From Octopus sinensis (lineage: Eukaryota): a stretch of DNA of 59,202 nt. A program made the translations under genes and the position numbers. This document shows, in pieces, positions 35,365 through 47,960 of this stretch. Position 1 is the first letter of the stretch. Each line of letters begins with the position of its first letter. The notes under the pieces are model-generated. The model was not told the DNA's origin. It was given only the letters and a program-made list of their open reading frames with translations, and searched no databases. The stretch spans positions 1-59,202 of the forward strand of contig NW_021833090.1 of assembly GCF_006345805.1 (NCBI RefSeq). Reading direction: 5' to 3'.

Positions 35365-36179
35365 AGTATCTTGTATTATAAAACAGAGTTTGTGTGTGTG
35401 TATGTGTATGTTCCTTATGGATTTGAAAACTGAGTTGCTGATTTTGATGTATGAGATATCCAAAGATTCGGTAATCTTTCGGTTACCAAATAAAGTATGT
35501 TTTTTGCACAACTCTTTTTTAATACAAAAATAACCTCACATACGAGGTTGGGTCACATAATTTTGAGGTCTTTAGCTAAGGGAGGCAGCTCTGCCTGAAC
35601 AATTTTTATGTCTTAGATAGAGCATAATGAGAAAATGTTTAAAATACATGGAGTTTTACCAGGAAATGAAACTTCAAAGATATACCGTCAACTTTATTAG
35701 TATTACTTAGTAGATAATATTTTCATGTGAAGAATGTTTGTCTGTGTTTTGTTTAGTCCAGAGTTGCTTCTGATGTAGCAGACCCAACATATACTTTTTT
35801 TTCTTCCTGAAATACTGTAAACCTGTCTCTTTCTTTTGATGAAAGGATGTGTTTTAAGATTTGGCTGCTATTTGTAGTAGCTCAAGTTACCACAGAGACA
35901 CCTCTGTGTGTGTGTGTTTTGTTGTGGTAAAAAAATACTCAGAATATTTTGCACAATAATTTTTAAAGAAATCTTGACATTTCTTATTACTAACTATTCA
36001 ACTACAAAGTATAATTGTTAATTGTTGGAAGTCAAGTAGACTGAGATGTACATATAGCGTTATCATACAGAGTGGAAGTTTATGGAGTTTTGAGCTTATT
36101 ATCTTGTGGTTAGTAATCCATTATCTTAAATTTGAAGCCATTAAGTCTCAAAAAATGCATACACACTTTGAATAACTGT

Positions 36180-37260
36180 AAAGGGAATATGTATTAAAAT
36201 GCACATCCTTTTCATGGAATAATGTAATCTACAGACATTATTTAATTGCATTTAAACCCCACAAAATGTGTACATAATTTAAATAATATACATAATACCA
36301 GAAACTATTGACATTCATGTTTTAAAGATTATGTTATTGCCTGTTTTCAAATTGACGTCCATTCTGGTCCAGACATTGTTGACAATGCAAAGCAATGGAA
36401 TCACAAGCAGCAAATAACATTTTGTTAGGTATTTGTGTGAATTCCTGTTCAATAGCAAGATCTCATTAAGGTAGGATCGTATATCACGATGGTGGTGTGG
36501 TGGTGCTCCATCTTGCTGAAAATAAAATTTCTCATCTTCAAAGATTTTTTCTAATGGCATGACAGACTGTTGAAGTATGTTCAAGTAAACAGGACCAGTC
36601 ACAGTAGCTTCAAAAAAGAATGGTCCAATTAATCCTCTTAATGTAATACCACATCACACTAACTCATGATAAATTAACTTCATGTTCCACTGTAACATGC
36701 AGATTTCCATGTCCCCAGTATGAGCAACTGAGGTGGCTAATTGAACCATCACTCCTCATCACTCCACACTGCTTTAATTGGAAAGCATGGATCTTCTAAG
36801 CATTTTCCAAAGTGTCACTTGCACTATTCTTTTCATTTACCAGGATCATCTTCACTGATAGCATGAACTAATGTTGGGATATAACTTTTCCAGGGGCAGT
36901 GTTTCAAAATGTGATGGACAGATGTTTTTGAAGTTCCTATGTCATAACTTGCTTGCCATCCAGATTTTCTCAGATTTCTGTGAAAACTTTACAATCCCCT
37001 TTCATGCTTTCTGGGGGTAGTTGATGTCCGTGGTCTTCCTGGATGCTTCCTGTGTTAATCCTGTACAGTTCCATCAGAATAAAAAAATTTATTCCTGATT
37101 TGATAGATGGTTATCTGCGTAGGCAGATCTGATTGAAACTCTCTTCTATACTGTGTTTGGATTTCAACTGTGCTTTCATACTTGCAGTAGCATTTCAAGA
37201 TGATGTTATTATTAATTCTGATGGGTGAAATTTGAAAAGAAACAAAGATTTGGGTTATCT
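36180..37260 (-). mobile_element. Tc1/mariner-superfamily transposase relic
   Basis: ILKCYCKYESTVEIQ...PGRPRTS; [13 protein letters not shown]...[11 protein letters not shown]. Confidence 0.75.
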
Positions 37261-39348
37261 GCTGTAGAAGTGTGTATAAATTTTTTGGACACTTTTGTGT
37301 AAACTTATCACCTCTTACAAATCAAATTTGCTGAACATAAATTCCATTTTTATTGCTGACTTTGTACCGTTTGCTCTTATCTAATTGATCTTTCCTATTT
37401 TATGACTAAGTGGGTGTTCTGCTTTCATTGAATTCAAGAGACTTATAATCACAGGTCTCCCAATAGTGGCCATTGCATCTTTTATTCAGACATAGTATTC
37501 TTTGGATTGCATTATTTAGTGAGTCCTATTATTATTAAGAAAGTGAAGTTTAATCTCAGGGTGAGTTTGCTGATATTTCTAACTGGTTAATGACTTAGTT
37601 GTTATTATTTGGGATTGATCAGTATAACCTTATCTTTTCCTCTATATATGTATAATGTTTGACCTTATTGGATGTGTGTTATTGTGGTATGTTACTCACT
37701 ATGTATGTTTTCTTTAAAAAACATTTGAAATTTGTTTTCTTATCTGATCGATGAGTCCCATATTATGACTTCAATCAGATAAGAAAAAAAAATTGGTTAA
37801 GGATCACAAACTTTTTCTACGTAACCTTTGAAATACCAACCAATCATTGTGTAGTTGTTTTGAAACTATTAATCTTTTCCATATTTTGATGCTTTGTTTT
37901 CTCTGGTTCTGTCTAAAACAGACTCATTTGCCAAGTTACTTTCTATTGTATATTTTACAACTTTTAACTTTGAGATATTGGTTTGTCTCTTGGTCTCTTC
38001 TTTATAGTGTCTTGAGAAAGTGTGATATCAAAAATTAGGATTTGATCCATTTCAACTACTTTGTATTTTTTTCTTTTTTGGAGCACTACAAATGATGGTG
38101 TACATACTTTTGGAATGAAAAATTCAATATTTTACATTGTCATTCTCATTCTGAGTGTGGCTTGATTTAAAAGAAAAAAATAAAAGAGAATATGATTGGT
38201 CTCACTTTGCTTCAAAGTTAAAAAATCAGTAGCCAGCAACATTCCAGTTCTAAGCTATTCACAAACTTGTGTTTCATAAAGTTTAGAATTTTTTTTAAAT
38301 GCATTGTCATTCTTACTCTGACTGTGACCTACTTAAAAAAAAAAAAAAGAATGGCCTAGTTTCTTTTCATGGACTTGGCTTCTACCAGCAACATTCCATT
38401 TATGAACTGTTCACTAACTGTCGTGTCTCATAAAGTTTAGTAATTATTTTTTAAAATAGCTGTAACAAAATTTCTTTGGAGAAGACTGAAGATATGGAGA
38501 TTTGATACTTTCACTAGGGGAAGCCTTGAGGATGAAATGGAGCTGACCAGAATTGAGTGAAAGCCTGTCAGATGAACTGTATCAATTCTTGAATGGCTGA
38601 CTTTACCCATTGTTCAGTTTAACTCCTCAACCAAGCCCTTGAGTGCTTTTAACTGAATCCATTGTGTTGTAAGCATTCGGACCAAGTCTCTGGAATGAGG
38701 AGAACATATAAGATAAAGTTCTTTCCCTTCTTTCCTCCTACAACTCTTGGAGTTTGTAGCAAAATGGTCATAGGTGCTACAACTTACTCCTTTGTATACA
38801 AAGCACCTAACTTAAATTTACATATTTTAGTTCACTCAGCTGTTGGAATAGATATAAGATCTTTTAAAATGGTTTCCCTTCTCAGGAGCACACATATCTC
38901 TCATCCACTCAACATCATAAGCCTGGGCTAAGGCTTCGGGGCAGTTTCCAGACTCCTGGAAACATATTTTAATGATCTTATTTGCTTAACTCTACTGGAT
39001 CCAGAGAACATGTAGAGCATTAGCCATAATGCCTTGTGCCATTTACTTAATGTGTTCAAATCTCACTTGCATCAACTTTACTGTTCATCCTTCTGAGGTC
39101 TATAAAATAAATACCATTCTGTCTATGAATGCTGGGTGAATGTAAATGACTATAACTTTTGAAGGTGATGATCCAGCAAGACCACAACTCAGTGATTGAA
39201 AGCTATAGAACTGGTTATAAGTGAATTTACATGTTATAAGTGAATTTACACATGACACATATTTTGCCTATTTTTTCTATAATATATCTATTTCATGTAT
39301 TTCTATGCCTTTATTTATAAAATCTATTTTCCTTTTAATTATTTTAAG

Positions 39349-39499
39349 GTCCCATATACAGCACCGAAAATTTCATACCAATTTACTTGCAATGGCTTCT
39401 CATGATGCAGAATTCAAATCTGCTAAAGATAATTTAGGAACATTAAAAGAAGACCCTGGTAACATGGCTAAATTACAGTTATATGCTTTGTTTAAGCAG
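39349..39499 (+). CDS. ECI2: ECI2 exon: end of presequence and start of ACBP domain
   Basis: AG|..SHIQHRKFHTNLLAMASHDAEFKSAKDNLGTLKEDPGNMAKLQLYALFKQ|GTAAGT; matches the ACBP KLxLYALxKQ motif. Confidence 0.93.
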
Positions 39500-40132
39500 G
39501 TAAGTAATATTTCAGTTATAATAGTAAATTTCAAGCATAAACATTTTATCAGTATAGTTTATAGATAAAGGTGCTACGTTTTGGATATAGAAGGCTCTAA
39601 AATAGGGCTCATTCTTACCTTTTATCTAATAGGCATTTCTGTTTTATTGATTAATTAAGATAGTCAGTATTTATTTCTCTCTTGCTGTATCTTCATATTC
39701 TAACAGAGGAGGTTAAACTGCTGAAGGAATTATGGCAATCTATGGATATCATTGCTAGGAATGTGTCTTGTCAAAAAGATAACTCTCTATAATATGATTT
39801 CAGTGAGTTAAGTATTCTGTCTGATTACAAAACTGAAGTTAGTCATATCCATTAATTGAATAAGTTGACTAAGAAATTTTAAGTTCCTTGTTTTCTTTTG
39901 ATTAGGAGCACTTCAAAAGTACTCTTTTATTTGAGGACATAATATTGAGTAGTTCAAACTAGCATTGCTGAAGTCGTCATTCTTTTCTGCGTGAAGGTGA
40001 CATCATGTTTTGGAAAGGTCCCAAATTGACAATGTTCACCTGTTATGTTGTATTTGTCTATGTCTAGGTAGAACATTTGGGAATTTGTACGGTTGTTGTT
40101 CATCTATCTTTAATTTTCATGTCATTTTACAG

Positions 40133-40231
40133 GCTTCAATAGGAGACTGTAATGCAAAGAAACCTAGTATGGTCGATTTTGTTGGGAAAGCCAAGTATGA
40201 TGCATGGAATAAGTTGAAAGGCATGTCACAG
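40133..40231 (+). CDS. ECI2: ECI2 exon (ACBP domain)
   Basis: [33 protein letters not shown]; AG/GT, phase 0-0. Confidence 0.96.
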
Positions 40232-41147
40232 GTATGTATTTATAAAGCAACAAAATATTAAATTCAATGCATGTTGTTACAGTTACAGCCACAATTTATT
40301 ATTTTGAATCAGTTGTGTTTTCTCTTTTAATTGAAGACAAATATCTTTAAAATCTTCAGCAAACTTTGATTTTCATTAAGGATGCTGATTTTGTTAAAGT
40401 GATTTTGTTAAATATTTTATTTGTAGAGTAAATAGAAGTTAGGGCAAAATACCTTTTGGTGTTTGTTCTAGCTCTCTGTACTTTGAACTCAAATCCTGCC
40501 AAGATCAACTTTGTCATTCATACCTTTGAGATCAATGGAATTGAGTACCAGTTGAAGGTAGTTGATTGATGTAATTGTTACATCATCAGGCAAGATGCCT
40601 TGTATTAATTCCAGTTCTCAGCATTCTGTGTTCTTAAGAAATAGGCTTATCTGGTTTAACTACCTGGGCCTTTAGTGCTTTTAACAGAGTTCACTCTGTT
40701 GCAAATATAAGGTTCAGTACTACTGTGTGATATCTTTGGTCAATCCAGCTGCTGAGAGTGAAATTGGGAGAGATGGAAACTATATGGAAAATCATCAGAT
40801 GGGCTCTATCTGTAATTAAAAGGGCCAGCTTTGTCACACACTGTGTTATGCTGATTCTGCCTGAAGATTATGTTTGCGAAATACTCTGCCACTCATGCAT
40901 CCATGCCATGTGGAGGTAGTTCAGTTGATCAAGCAACTAGGAAATAACTACTCTCCTTGTTGTTGAAACTAGTGAAGGAGTCATTTATATATGTGTGTGT
41001 TTGTGTTATGTAGCCACAGTTCGTTTACCATAATAGACAAAAGCTGAAAAGAAACAGTTTTATACAGTTTTGATAAATCTTCAATGTTATTGTATTGAAT
41101 AATACAAACTTTTGCTTTGTTAAATTCTACATTTTCTTCTGTTTTAG

Positions 41148-41327
41148 GATGAAGCTCAACTGAATTACATTAAAACTGTAAATGAATTAGTTGCAGCTGA
41201 AGCTCCAGCTAAAACAGAACCTTCTGGTTCCACTGGCAATTACAAATTTCTCCTTGTTGAATGTAAAGATTCTGTTTTCAAAATAACTTTTAACCGACCA
41301 GCTAAAAGGAATGCAATTACAATAGAT
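41148..41327 (+). CDS. ECI2: ECI2 exon (ACBP end, linker, start of crotonase domain)
   Basis: DEAQLNYIKTVNELV...FKITFNRPAKRNAITID; AG/GT, 180 nt. Confidence 0.96.
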
Positions 41328-41718
41328 GTGAGTACATTCCAAATTTGATTTATATCTTGTTTTGATAGTTATATACATAATGATTTCTTGTATCTGCTTA
41401 CAAAGATGAGAGTGCATAATGTTTATGCCCCTTTCAAGTGCTCTGTAATAAAAGTGAAATGGTTGCAGCTGGGAATGGAAACAGATTGTAAACTCAGCTC
41501 ACTAGGTGTTAAGTTTCTCTTCTACATTAGCTTCATGTTTGAAGAACTATAGTTGTTTTGATTTATTTGATGGACTTTGGTCAAGTTGATGTCAGTAGAT
41601 TAACCAAAGAATTATCAATTTGTATTGTTGCAGGTAATGCATTCTCTTCGATATTTGAACATTTTATATCTTACTAGCATTTTATTAAATTTTCTATATT
41701 TTCTATTAAATTTTTTAG

Positions 41719-41788
41719 ATGTATTATGAAATTATTAATGCCTTGCAAGAAGCAACTACTGCAGATTGTTCCATAGCTGTTGTTACAG
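41719..41788 (+). CDS. ECI2: ECI2 exon
   Basis: MYYEIINALQEATTADCSIAVVT(G); phase 0-1. Confidence 0.95.
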
Positions 41789-41956
41789 GTTTGTAACTGT
41801 GTCATCATTATCATTGTCAACATCATCATCATCATCATAATTTTTATGTTAGCTTTCCATGCTGGCATGGGTTGGATGGGTTGTCACTGTCCCAGTCATT
41901 TTCTTATTTGGAGTTTTCTTATTTGCTCTTATAGACTGGTGCTTATTTTGGCTTAC

Positions 41957-42372
41957 TCTCTTTTACTCTTTTACTCTTTTACTTGTTTCAGTCATTTGAC
42001 TGCGGCCATGCTGGAGCACCGCCTTTTAGTCGAGCAAATCGACCCCAGGACTTATTCTTTGTAAGCCCAGTACTTATTCTATCGGTCTCTTTTGCCGAAC
42101 CGCTAAGTGACGGGGATGTAAACACACCAGCATCGGTTGTCAAGCAATGCTAGGGGGACAAACACAGACACACAAACATATACACACACACACTTATATA
42201 TATATATACATATATACGACAGGCTTCTTTCAGTTTCTGTCTACCAAATCCACTCACAAGGCATTGGTCGGCCCGGGGCTATAGCAGAAGACACTTTCCC
42301 AAGGTGCCACGCAGTGGGATTGAACCCGGAACCATGTGGTTGGTTAGCAAGCTACTTACCACACAGCCACTC
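41957..42372 (-). mobile_element. Near full-length SINE family A
   Basis: Reverse complement of 8824-9237 with CpGs largely retained. Confidence 0.85.
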
Positions 42373-42690
42373 GACTCAATAGCTCTTCCTGTCTCCAACC
42401 ACTTTATAGAGGGTACTGGCTACAATTTTTTTGTGGTATGAACATAAGTTGAATAGACACCTCAGTAAGATAATACTAAAGAGATCTCAAAAACCTACAC
42501 TTTCTCTTCTCAATTTACCAGTCACTTTACAATGTGCATTGAGAGCATTTTTTTTTGTGGCACTAGTACTAGAAAGATTGTCTTTTTTGACTAGTTACTT
42601 GAGGGCAGGCATAGGCAACCTTTCTTGAGTAGTGGGTTGCATGAGACATCGCTCATCACTATGCAGGTTGCATGGCAAAAAAAAAAAAAA

Positions 42691-42920
42691 AATAATAATA
42701 ATAATTAATTCGTTTATTGGCCACAAGGGCTAACAAAATCAAATAAAACATGTAAGGACAAAATACAGGACGAAAGTTACAAAAAGGGTTTTGTCCGTTT
42801 GTAAAGTCCGTGTAAAAATGCAAGATAACAACGAAAATATAACAAGTTAAAACTCCCAATAGGGGGAGGCGCTTCAAAAGGTTACTCATAGAAAAACCCA
42901 TAAAAGCCACAGGAGCCTGA
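42691..42920 (-). mobile_element. Short 3' end of a Tx1-like LINE
   Basis: CAGGCTCC.GT.GCTTTTATGGGTTTT and AGCCCTTGTGGCCAATAAA are shared with 4295-4460; (TTA)n tail. Confidence 0.8.
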
Positions 42921-43578
42921 TAATAATAATTTTCTGTTAGGCATGCCTTTCAGAAAGTTCTGTGGGCTGCAGTTTGCCCACAGCTGCTCTAGGAGGAGTA
43001 CAGAGATGGCACTTTCCATTATTGACACCAGAACAGTAATGTGTATGTGAGTTGGAGGATAGGTGTCTACAGTAACTATAGAGAGTTTTCAGTGATCTGT
43101 ATAGATTGAGGAAGGGAATAGGAGAAAAAGTAATGATAGTAATGAAATAAGTTGGTGGGAGGAGTGAGAGTGTAAATGTAGAGGGTGCTCAATCATCTGG
43201 GGTATATACTTTTGTTCAAGTGACTGAGGAGGGGAATAGGAGAGAGTGGACAATGACCAGTAGAAAGATCCAAATGGTTGGGTGGTAGGAGCAAGAGTAT
43301 GATGGAGAAGGCAGGCTCAATTTGAGTGGAGTCAAGAAAGGAATATGGGCAAGTAGCAGAGGTGGGCAAAGACAAGAGAGGTGATGAGATAAAGGTAAGA
43401 GTAGGTGATCAGTGACAAGTGAAGTGGATCAGAGGATAGAGAGTGTTGATTGGCAGTATTTCTATACTGCCAAGTTAGAGTCTATTGCGTACAGACAGTT
43501 TGATACAGCTCCTTATGTATAGGCCTAGCATAGGGTGAGAGTGTCAGCGTGAGGAGGAGGATGTAACAGCTACACGTG

Positions 43579-43617
<39 letters not shown>

Positions 43618-43955
43618 CATGTTTGTTACACACACACACACACTAAGAGAATGGAAAGGGATTCTGGTCTCTGTGGCTGAAGAGGAGATACCACTCTGAA
43701 GTGATGATCTGAGCTGACTTGGGGCATTTACACCTATTTGTCAACAGCAAGAGATTTTCTCCATGACAACATATCAGGGTAAGTAAAAAGTAAGCAACGT
43801 CTTGAACATTGAAGAATTTGTGCTGGATTTCTGTAGAGTTTTGAATTTTTTTTAAACATTTTTTTGCAATAGTCTGGTAATACAGACATACACTTGTCCA
43901 AATGCATTAATAAATTAACATTGATATTTTTTCACCGTTGTTACAATCATCTGAA

Positions 43956-44964
43956 ATGGAACTGTCAAAGCTCGATATTTGAGCAATTTTGCTATTCAAC
44001 TTTAAAAAAGGATGTAAAGCAGCTGAAACTGCTTGCAATATCAAAGAAACATTTGGTGAGGAAATGACTAGTGAGTGGTCAGCTTGAAATTGGTTTAAAT
44101 GATTTCACAGTGGAGACCTGAGCTTTGAAGATTGTGAGTGTAGTGGACGCCCATCTGTCATTGATGACAATCAATTAAAGACCATCATTGAGAAAGATCC
44201 ATGTAAACCATTCAAGAACTGGCAAAAGAACTTCAAGTTAGCCAGAAAACTGCCTGCAACCATTTGCATACAACTGGAAAATCAAAAAAGCCCGACAAAT
44301 TGGTACCAAACAATTTTATTGAAAATCAGAAAATGCGCAGATATGAAATTTGCTCATTGCTTCTTCACTGTAACCAGACCAATCCATTTCTTGATCAAAT
44401 TGTAACTTGTGATGAAAAGTAGATTCTGTACAATAATAAAAAACGTCCAACACCAAAATGAAGGACTGAAAACCTTCCCTAAACTTGAGCTCTTCAAAAA
44501 GAAGCTTATGATGACTGGCGGTGTACTGCTGGACTCATCCACTATAACTTCTTAAAATCGAGAAAAACCATTACTGCAGAAACACATTGCCATGAAATTG
44601 CCAAAATGAACAAAAAGCTGCTACTCCTCCATTCCAGACTGGCCAGCAGAAGATAGCCAGTCATTCTTCATGACAATACTTGACCATACGTTTTACTAAT
44701 GATGCTCCAGAAGTTGAGAGAACTTGGATATGATGTTCTTCCCTACTCAGCTTATTCCGCAGACCTTTCTCCTACCAACTACCACCTTTTCAAGCACGTT
44801 GATTTCCTGCAAGAAAAGGAGTTCAAAAATCAAACCAATGCTGAAAGTGCATTCTAAGAGCTCACAACTCTAGAATTCCAGATTTTCATGTTACCAGAAT
44901 AAACAAACTTGTAACTTGTTGGCAAAAATGTGTTGATTGTAATGGTAGTTACTTTGATGAATAA
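43956..44964 (+). mobile_element. Mariner transposase pseudogene
   Basis: MELSKLDI*AILLFNFKKGCKAAETA...; IVTCDEK; LHDN; YSADLSPTNYHLFK; ends NGSYFDE-stop; many stops, TIRs not clear. Confidence 0.88.
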
Positions 44965-44974
44965 AATTTCTGCA

Positions 44975-45065
44975 TTGTTGACTGCGTCAGTTGTTGACTG
45001 TGTCAGTTGTTGACTGCGTCAGTTGTTGACTGCGTCAGTTGTTGACTGCGTCAGTTGTTGACTGC
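44975..45065 (+). repeat. 16-bp tandem repeat TTGTTGACTGCGTCAG, 5.7 copies
   Basis: Direct reading; one unit has a C>T change at the CpG. Confidence 0.95.
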
Positions 45066-45614
45066 CATGACACTGCATCCTTTAATGCCCTCATGCTTTC
45101 CGAAATCCACCAAAACTACACCTGATTGTCCCTCTTCCATACTCATACACATATGTGTATGTCATGACTCGTGCACTGTTCTTTTCCTGACGCTTGTACA
45201 TTACCCTATGTACTATACATACACTTTAGATGAGTTGTAGTGCACCTGTAGTAGTACACAATGTTTTATTGTAGTACACAATGTTTTATTATTATTATTA
45301 TATTGTGATGAATTTCATGTTTCAAAACATTGCTTACATTTTACTCAGCATGATACATAGAATGAGTTTCTTATGGGTTTGAATATGCTTCAAACATATT
45401 TGAAATGGTAACATGTTTGACTTTATATACATCACTGCCTTGTGTTGTCACCCCACCATTTAATAAGGTATTATTGAGTTAACTGTTTGATGCAATGTCT
45501 TTGTTATAGTGGAGGATTTTGCTTGCAATTTCTTATTTAGCTGTTGTGTCTGATTTAACAAGATTTCATTTGGAATTCTAAAATTACTTTCATTCTTTTT
45601 CTTACTCTGACTAG

Positions 45615-45717
45615 GCGCTGGTGAATACTTCTGTAGTGGTAATGACCTCAATAACTTTGCTAATGTTGCACCTGAAAACATTTCTGCTATGGCTGAAAAT
45701 GCTTCTGTAATCCTAGG
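45615..45717 (+). CDS. ECI2: ECI2 exon
   Basis: GAGEYFCSGNDLNNFANVAPENISAMAENASVIL(G); oxyanion-hole SGNDL motif; phase 1-2. Confidence 0.96.
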
Positions 45718-46531
45718 GTGAGTTAACAGTTTTAATATTTGATATACCAATGGTAGCTATAAAGTAAGAGGTGAGCTACTTGTAGGTGGCATGTAAAAAG
45801 CACCCACCACACTCTGTAAAGTGGTTGGTATTAGGAAGGGCATCCAACTCATGGAAACCATATTACAACTGACATTTGGAGTCTGAACAGCTTCCCTGCT
45901 AGCCAACTCCTGTCAAACCATCCAACCCATGCCAGAATGAAAAATGGACGTTAGACGACAATGACAGCGACAATGATGTTCTTTTTTCTTTTTCCTGTTT
46001 CATCCCTTCTACTCTGTATCCCTTCCCTTCGTGGGTAAAATTTGCCTATATTCTTGCTGATTGCCTCCCTTCTTTGATCATATTTCCCTGCCACCAACAC
46101 GCTTTAGCCTGTGACTTCTCTCCCTTATGTTTCATTTCTTTTCTCTTTTCCTCTCTCACAGCTTAAAAATTTATTCAGGTTCATCGAGAAAACCCATGCA
46201 CATATATGTGTATTTTTATGAATACTTCTTCTTAAAGCACTAAGTTGATATTGGTTGCTTTAAAGACAATCTTAATATTAATAGAATATGATAGATAAGG
46301 AATTAAAATATGTTAGGAATTACGTTGCACACACACACACATACACACTTGATGGACTTCTTTGAGTTTCCATCTACCAAATCCATTCACAAGACTGCGG
46401 CTATACTAGAAGACAGTTGTCCAAGGTATCACACAATAGGACTGAACTCAGAACCAAGTTGTTGGGAAGCAAGCTTTTATCATACAGACATGCCATGTAG
46501 TATAGTTGTGTATATATATATATATATATAT

Positions 46532-47345
46532 GCCTCTACCAAATCTGGGAGATGGTCTAATGAATGGGACCTGTGTCAAAGTGCTGTCATCTGCCTGTTG
46601 GCTCTTCTCCTGCAACTCAACTTGATTTCGAGCCGGGTCGTCTGCTGCTGGAGAGGACCGACCAGGTAAAGGACTTGGGTATCTTGGTGGATTCTTCCTT
46701 TTCGCCTTCGGCCCAGTGCGTCCATGTTGCCAACAAAGCACGCGGAGTTCTGTTTTTGGTTTGACAGTCATTTGGAATGCTCACAACAGCCATATTCCTA
46801 CCGCTCTATGTCATGCTGGTGAGACCCATATTGGAGTATGGGATTCAAGCCTCTTCTTCTTATCTCCTCAAAGACATACAGCATCTTGAAAGAGTCCAGA
46901 AGCTGGCTAACCGCATGGTTCTTGGTCTCAAGCATTTTTCTTATGAAGAAAAGCTGAAGACGCTCGACCTTTATTCTCTAGAAAAACGCCGCTGCCGTTG
47001 TGATCTCATTCTTGCTCACAGCATCATAAGCGGAAAGTGTAACCTCTCGAAAGAGCTGTTCTTCATTCCTGCTCCAGAGCGTCGGCTGCGGGGTCACTCC
47101 GAAAAGCTCTATCTGCAACGATTTCATCTCAATCGAAGGAGAGGGGCTTTCTCCGTCCGGGTTGCAGATCCGTGCAATAAGCTGCCGGACGAGATAGTGA
47201 AGATGCTGACGACCGCTCGGTTCAAAGTCTCCCTTGACCACAAATGGCCTGAACTCTTTGCATGAACACCACCCTGTACATAACTCCATGTCCCCCTACA
47301 TGGCCTTGCTTTTTGCTTTTTGAGCCAAAAAATTAACTTAACTTA
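46532..47345 (+). mobile_element. CR1/L2-group LINE 3' fragment
   Basis: VKDLGILVD, LYVMLVRPILEYG, LERVQKLA, LYSLEKRR, FSVRV..; tail (TTAAC)n; sits in a (TA)/(TG) microsatellite. Confidence 0.88.
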
Positions 47346-47960
47346 TATGTGTGTGTGTGTACAGCTATGTTACATGGCAGTGAAACATGGGCTATGACTA
47401 CAGAGGACTTGCAAAAGCTTGTAAGAAATGATGCTAGCATGCCCTGCTGGATGGGTAATGTCAGTGTGCACACAAAACAGAGCGTAACTGATTTAAAAGG
47501 AAAACCAGGTACAAGCGGCATCAGATGCTGTGTGCAAGAGAGAAGACTGCACTGGTTTGGACATGTGATGTGTATAAATGAGGACAGCTGCTTAAAGAAG
47601 TGCTAATCTCTAACTGTGGAAGGGGTAGACCCAGGAAGTGGTACGATGAAGTGGTGAAAAAGGATCTTCAGATGCTGGGCCTCACTGAGGAAATGACAAG
47701 GAACCACATATTGTGGCTATTTGCTGTACTCGAGAAGACGTGTTATGCTGCATAAAAAGCACCCATCACACTCTGTAAAGTGGTTGGCATTAGGAAGGGC
47801 ATCCAGCAGTAAAAACCATGCCAGACACAGACAATTGGAGTCTGGACAGCTCCCTGGTTGGCCAACTCCTGTCAAACTGTCCTACCCATGACAGCATGGA
47901 AAATGGGTAGGACGGTTTGACAGCATGGAAAATGGATGTGAAATGATGATGAAGATGATG
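47346..47960 (+). mobile_element. Degraded RTE LINE C-terminus plus 3' UTR
   Basis: AMLHGSETWAMT, QERRLHWFGHVM, GRPRKW..EVVKKDL, then the family-B-type tail. Confidence 0.8.

Noticed and set aside
44975-45065. CRISPR-like array
   Set aside because: Units are directly adjacent with no spacers, in a eukaryotic context with no cas genes.
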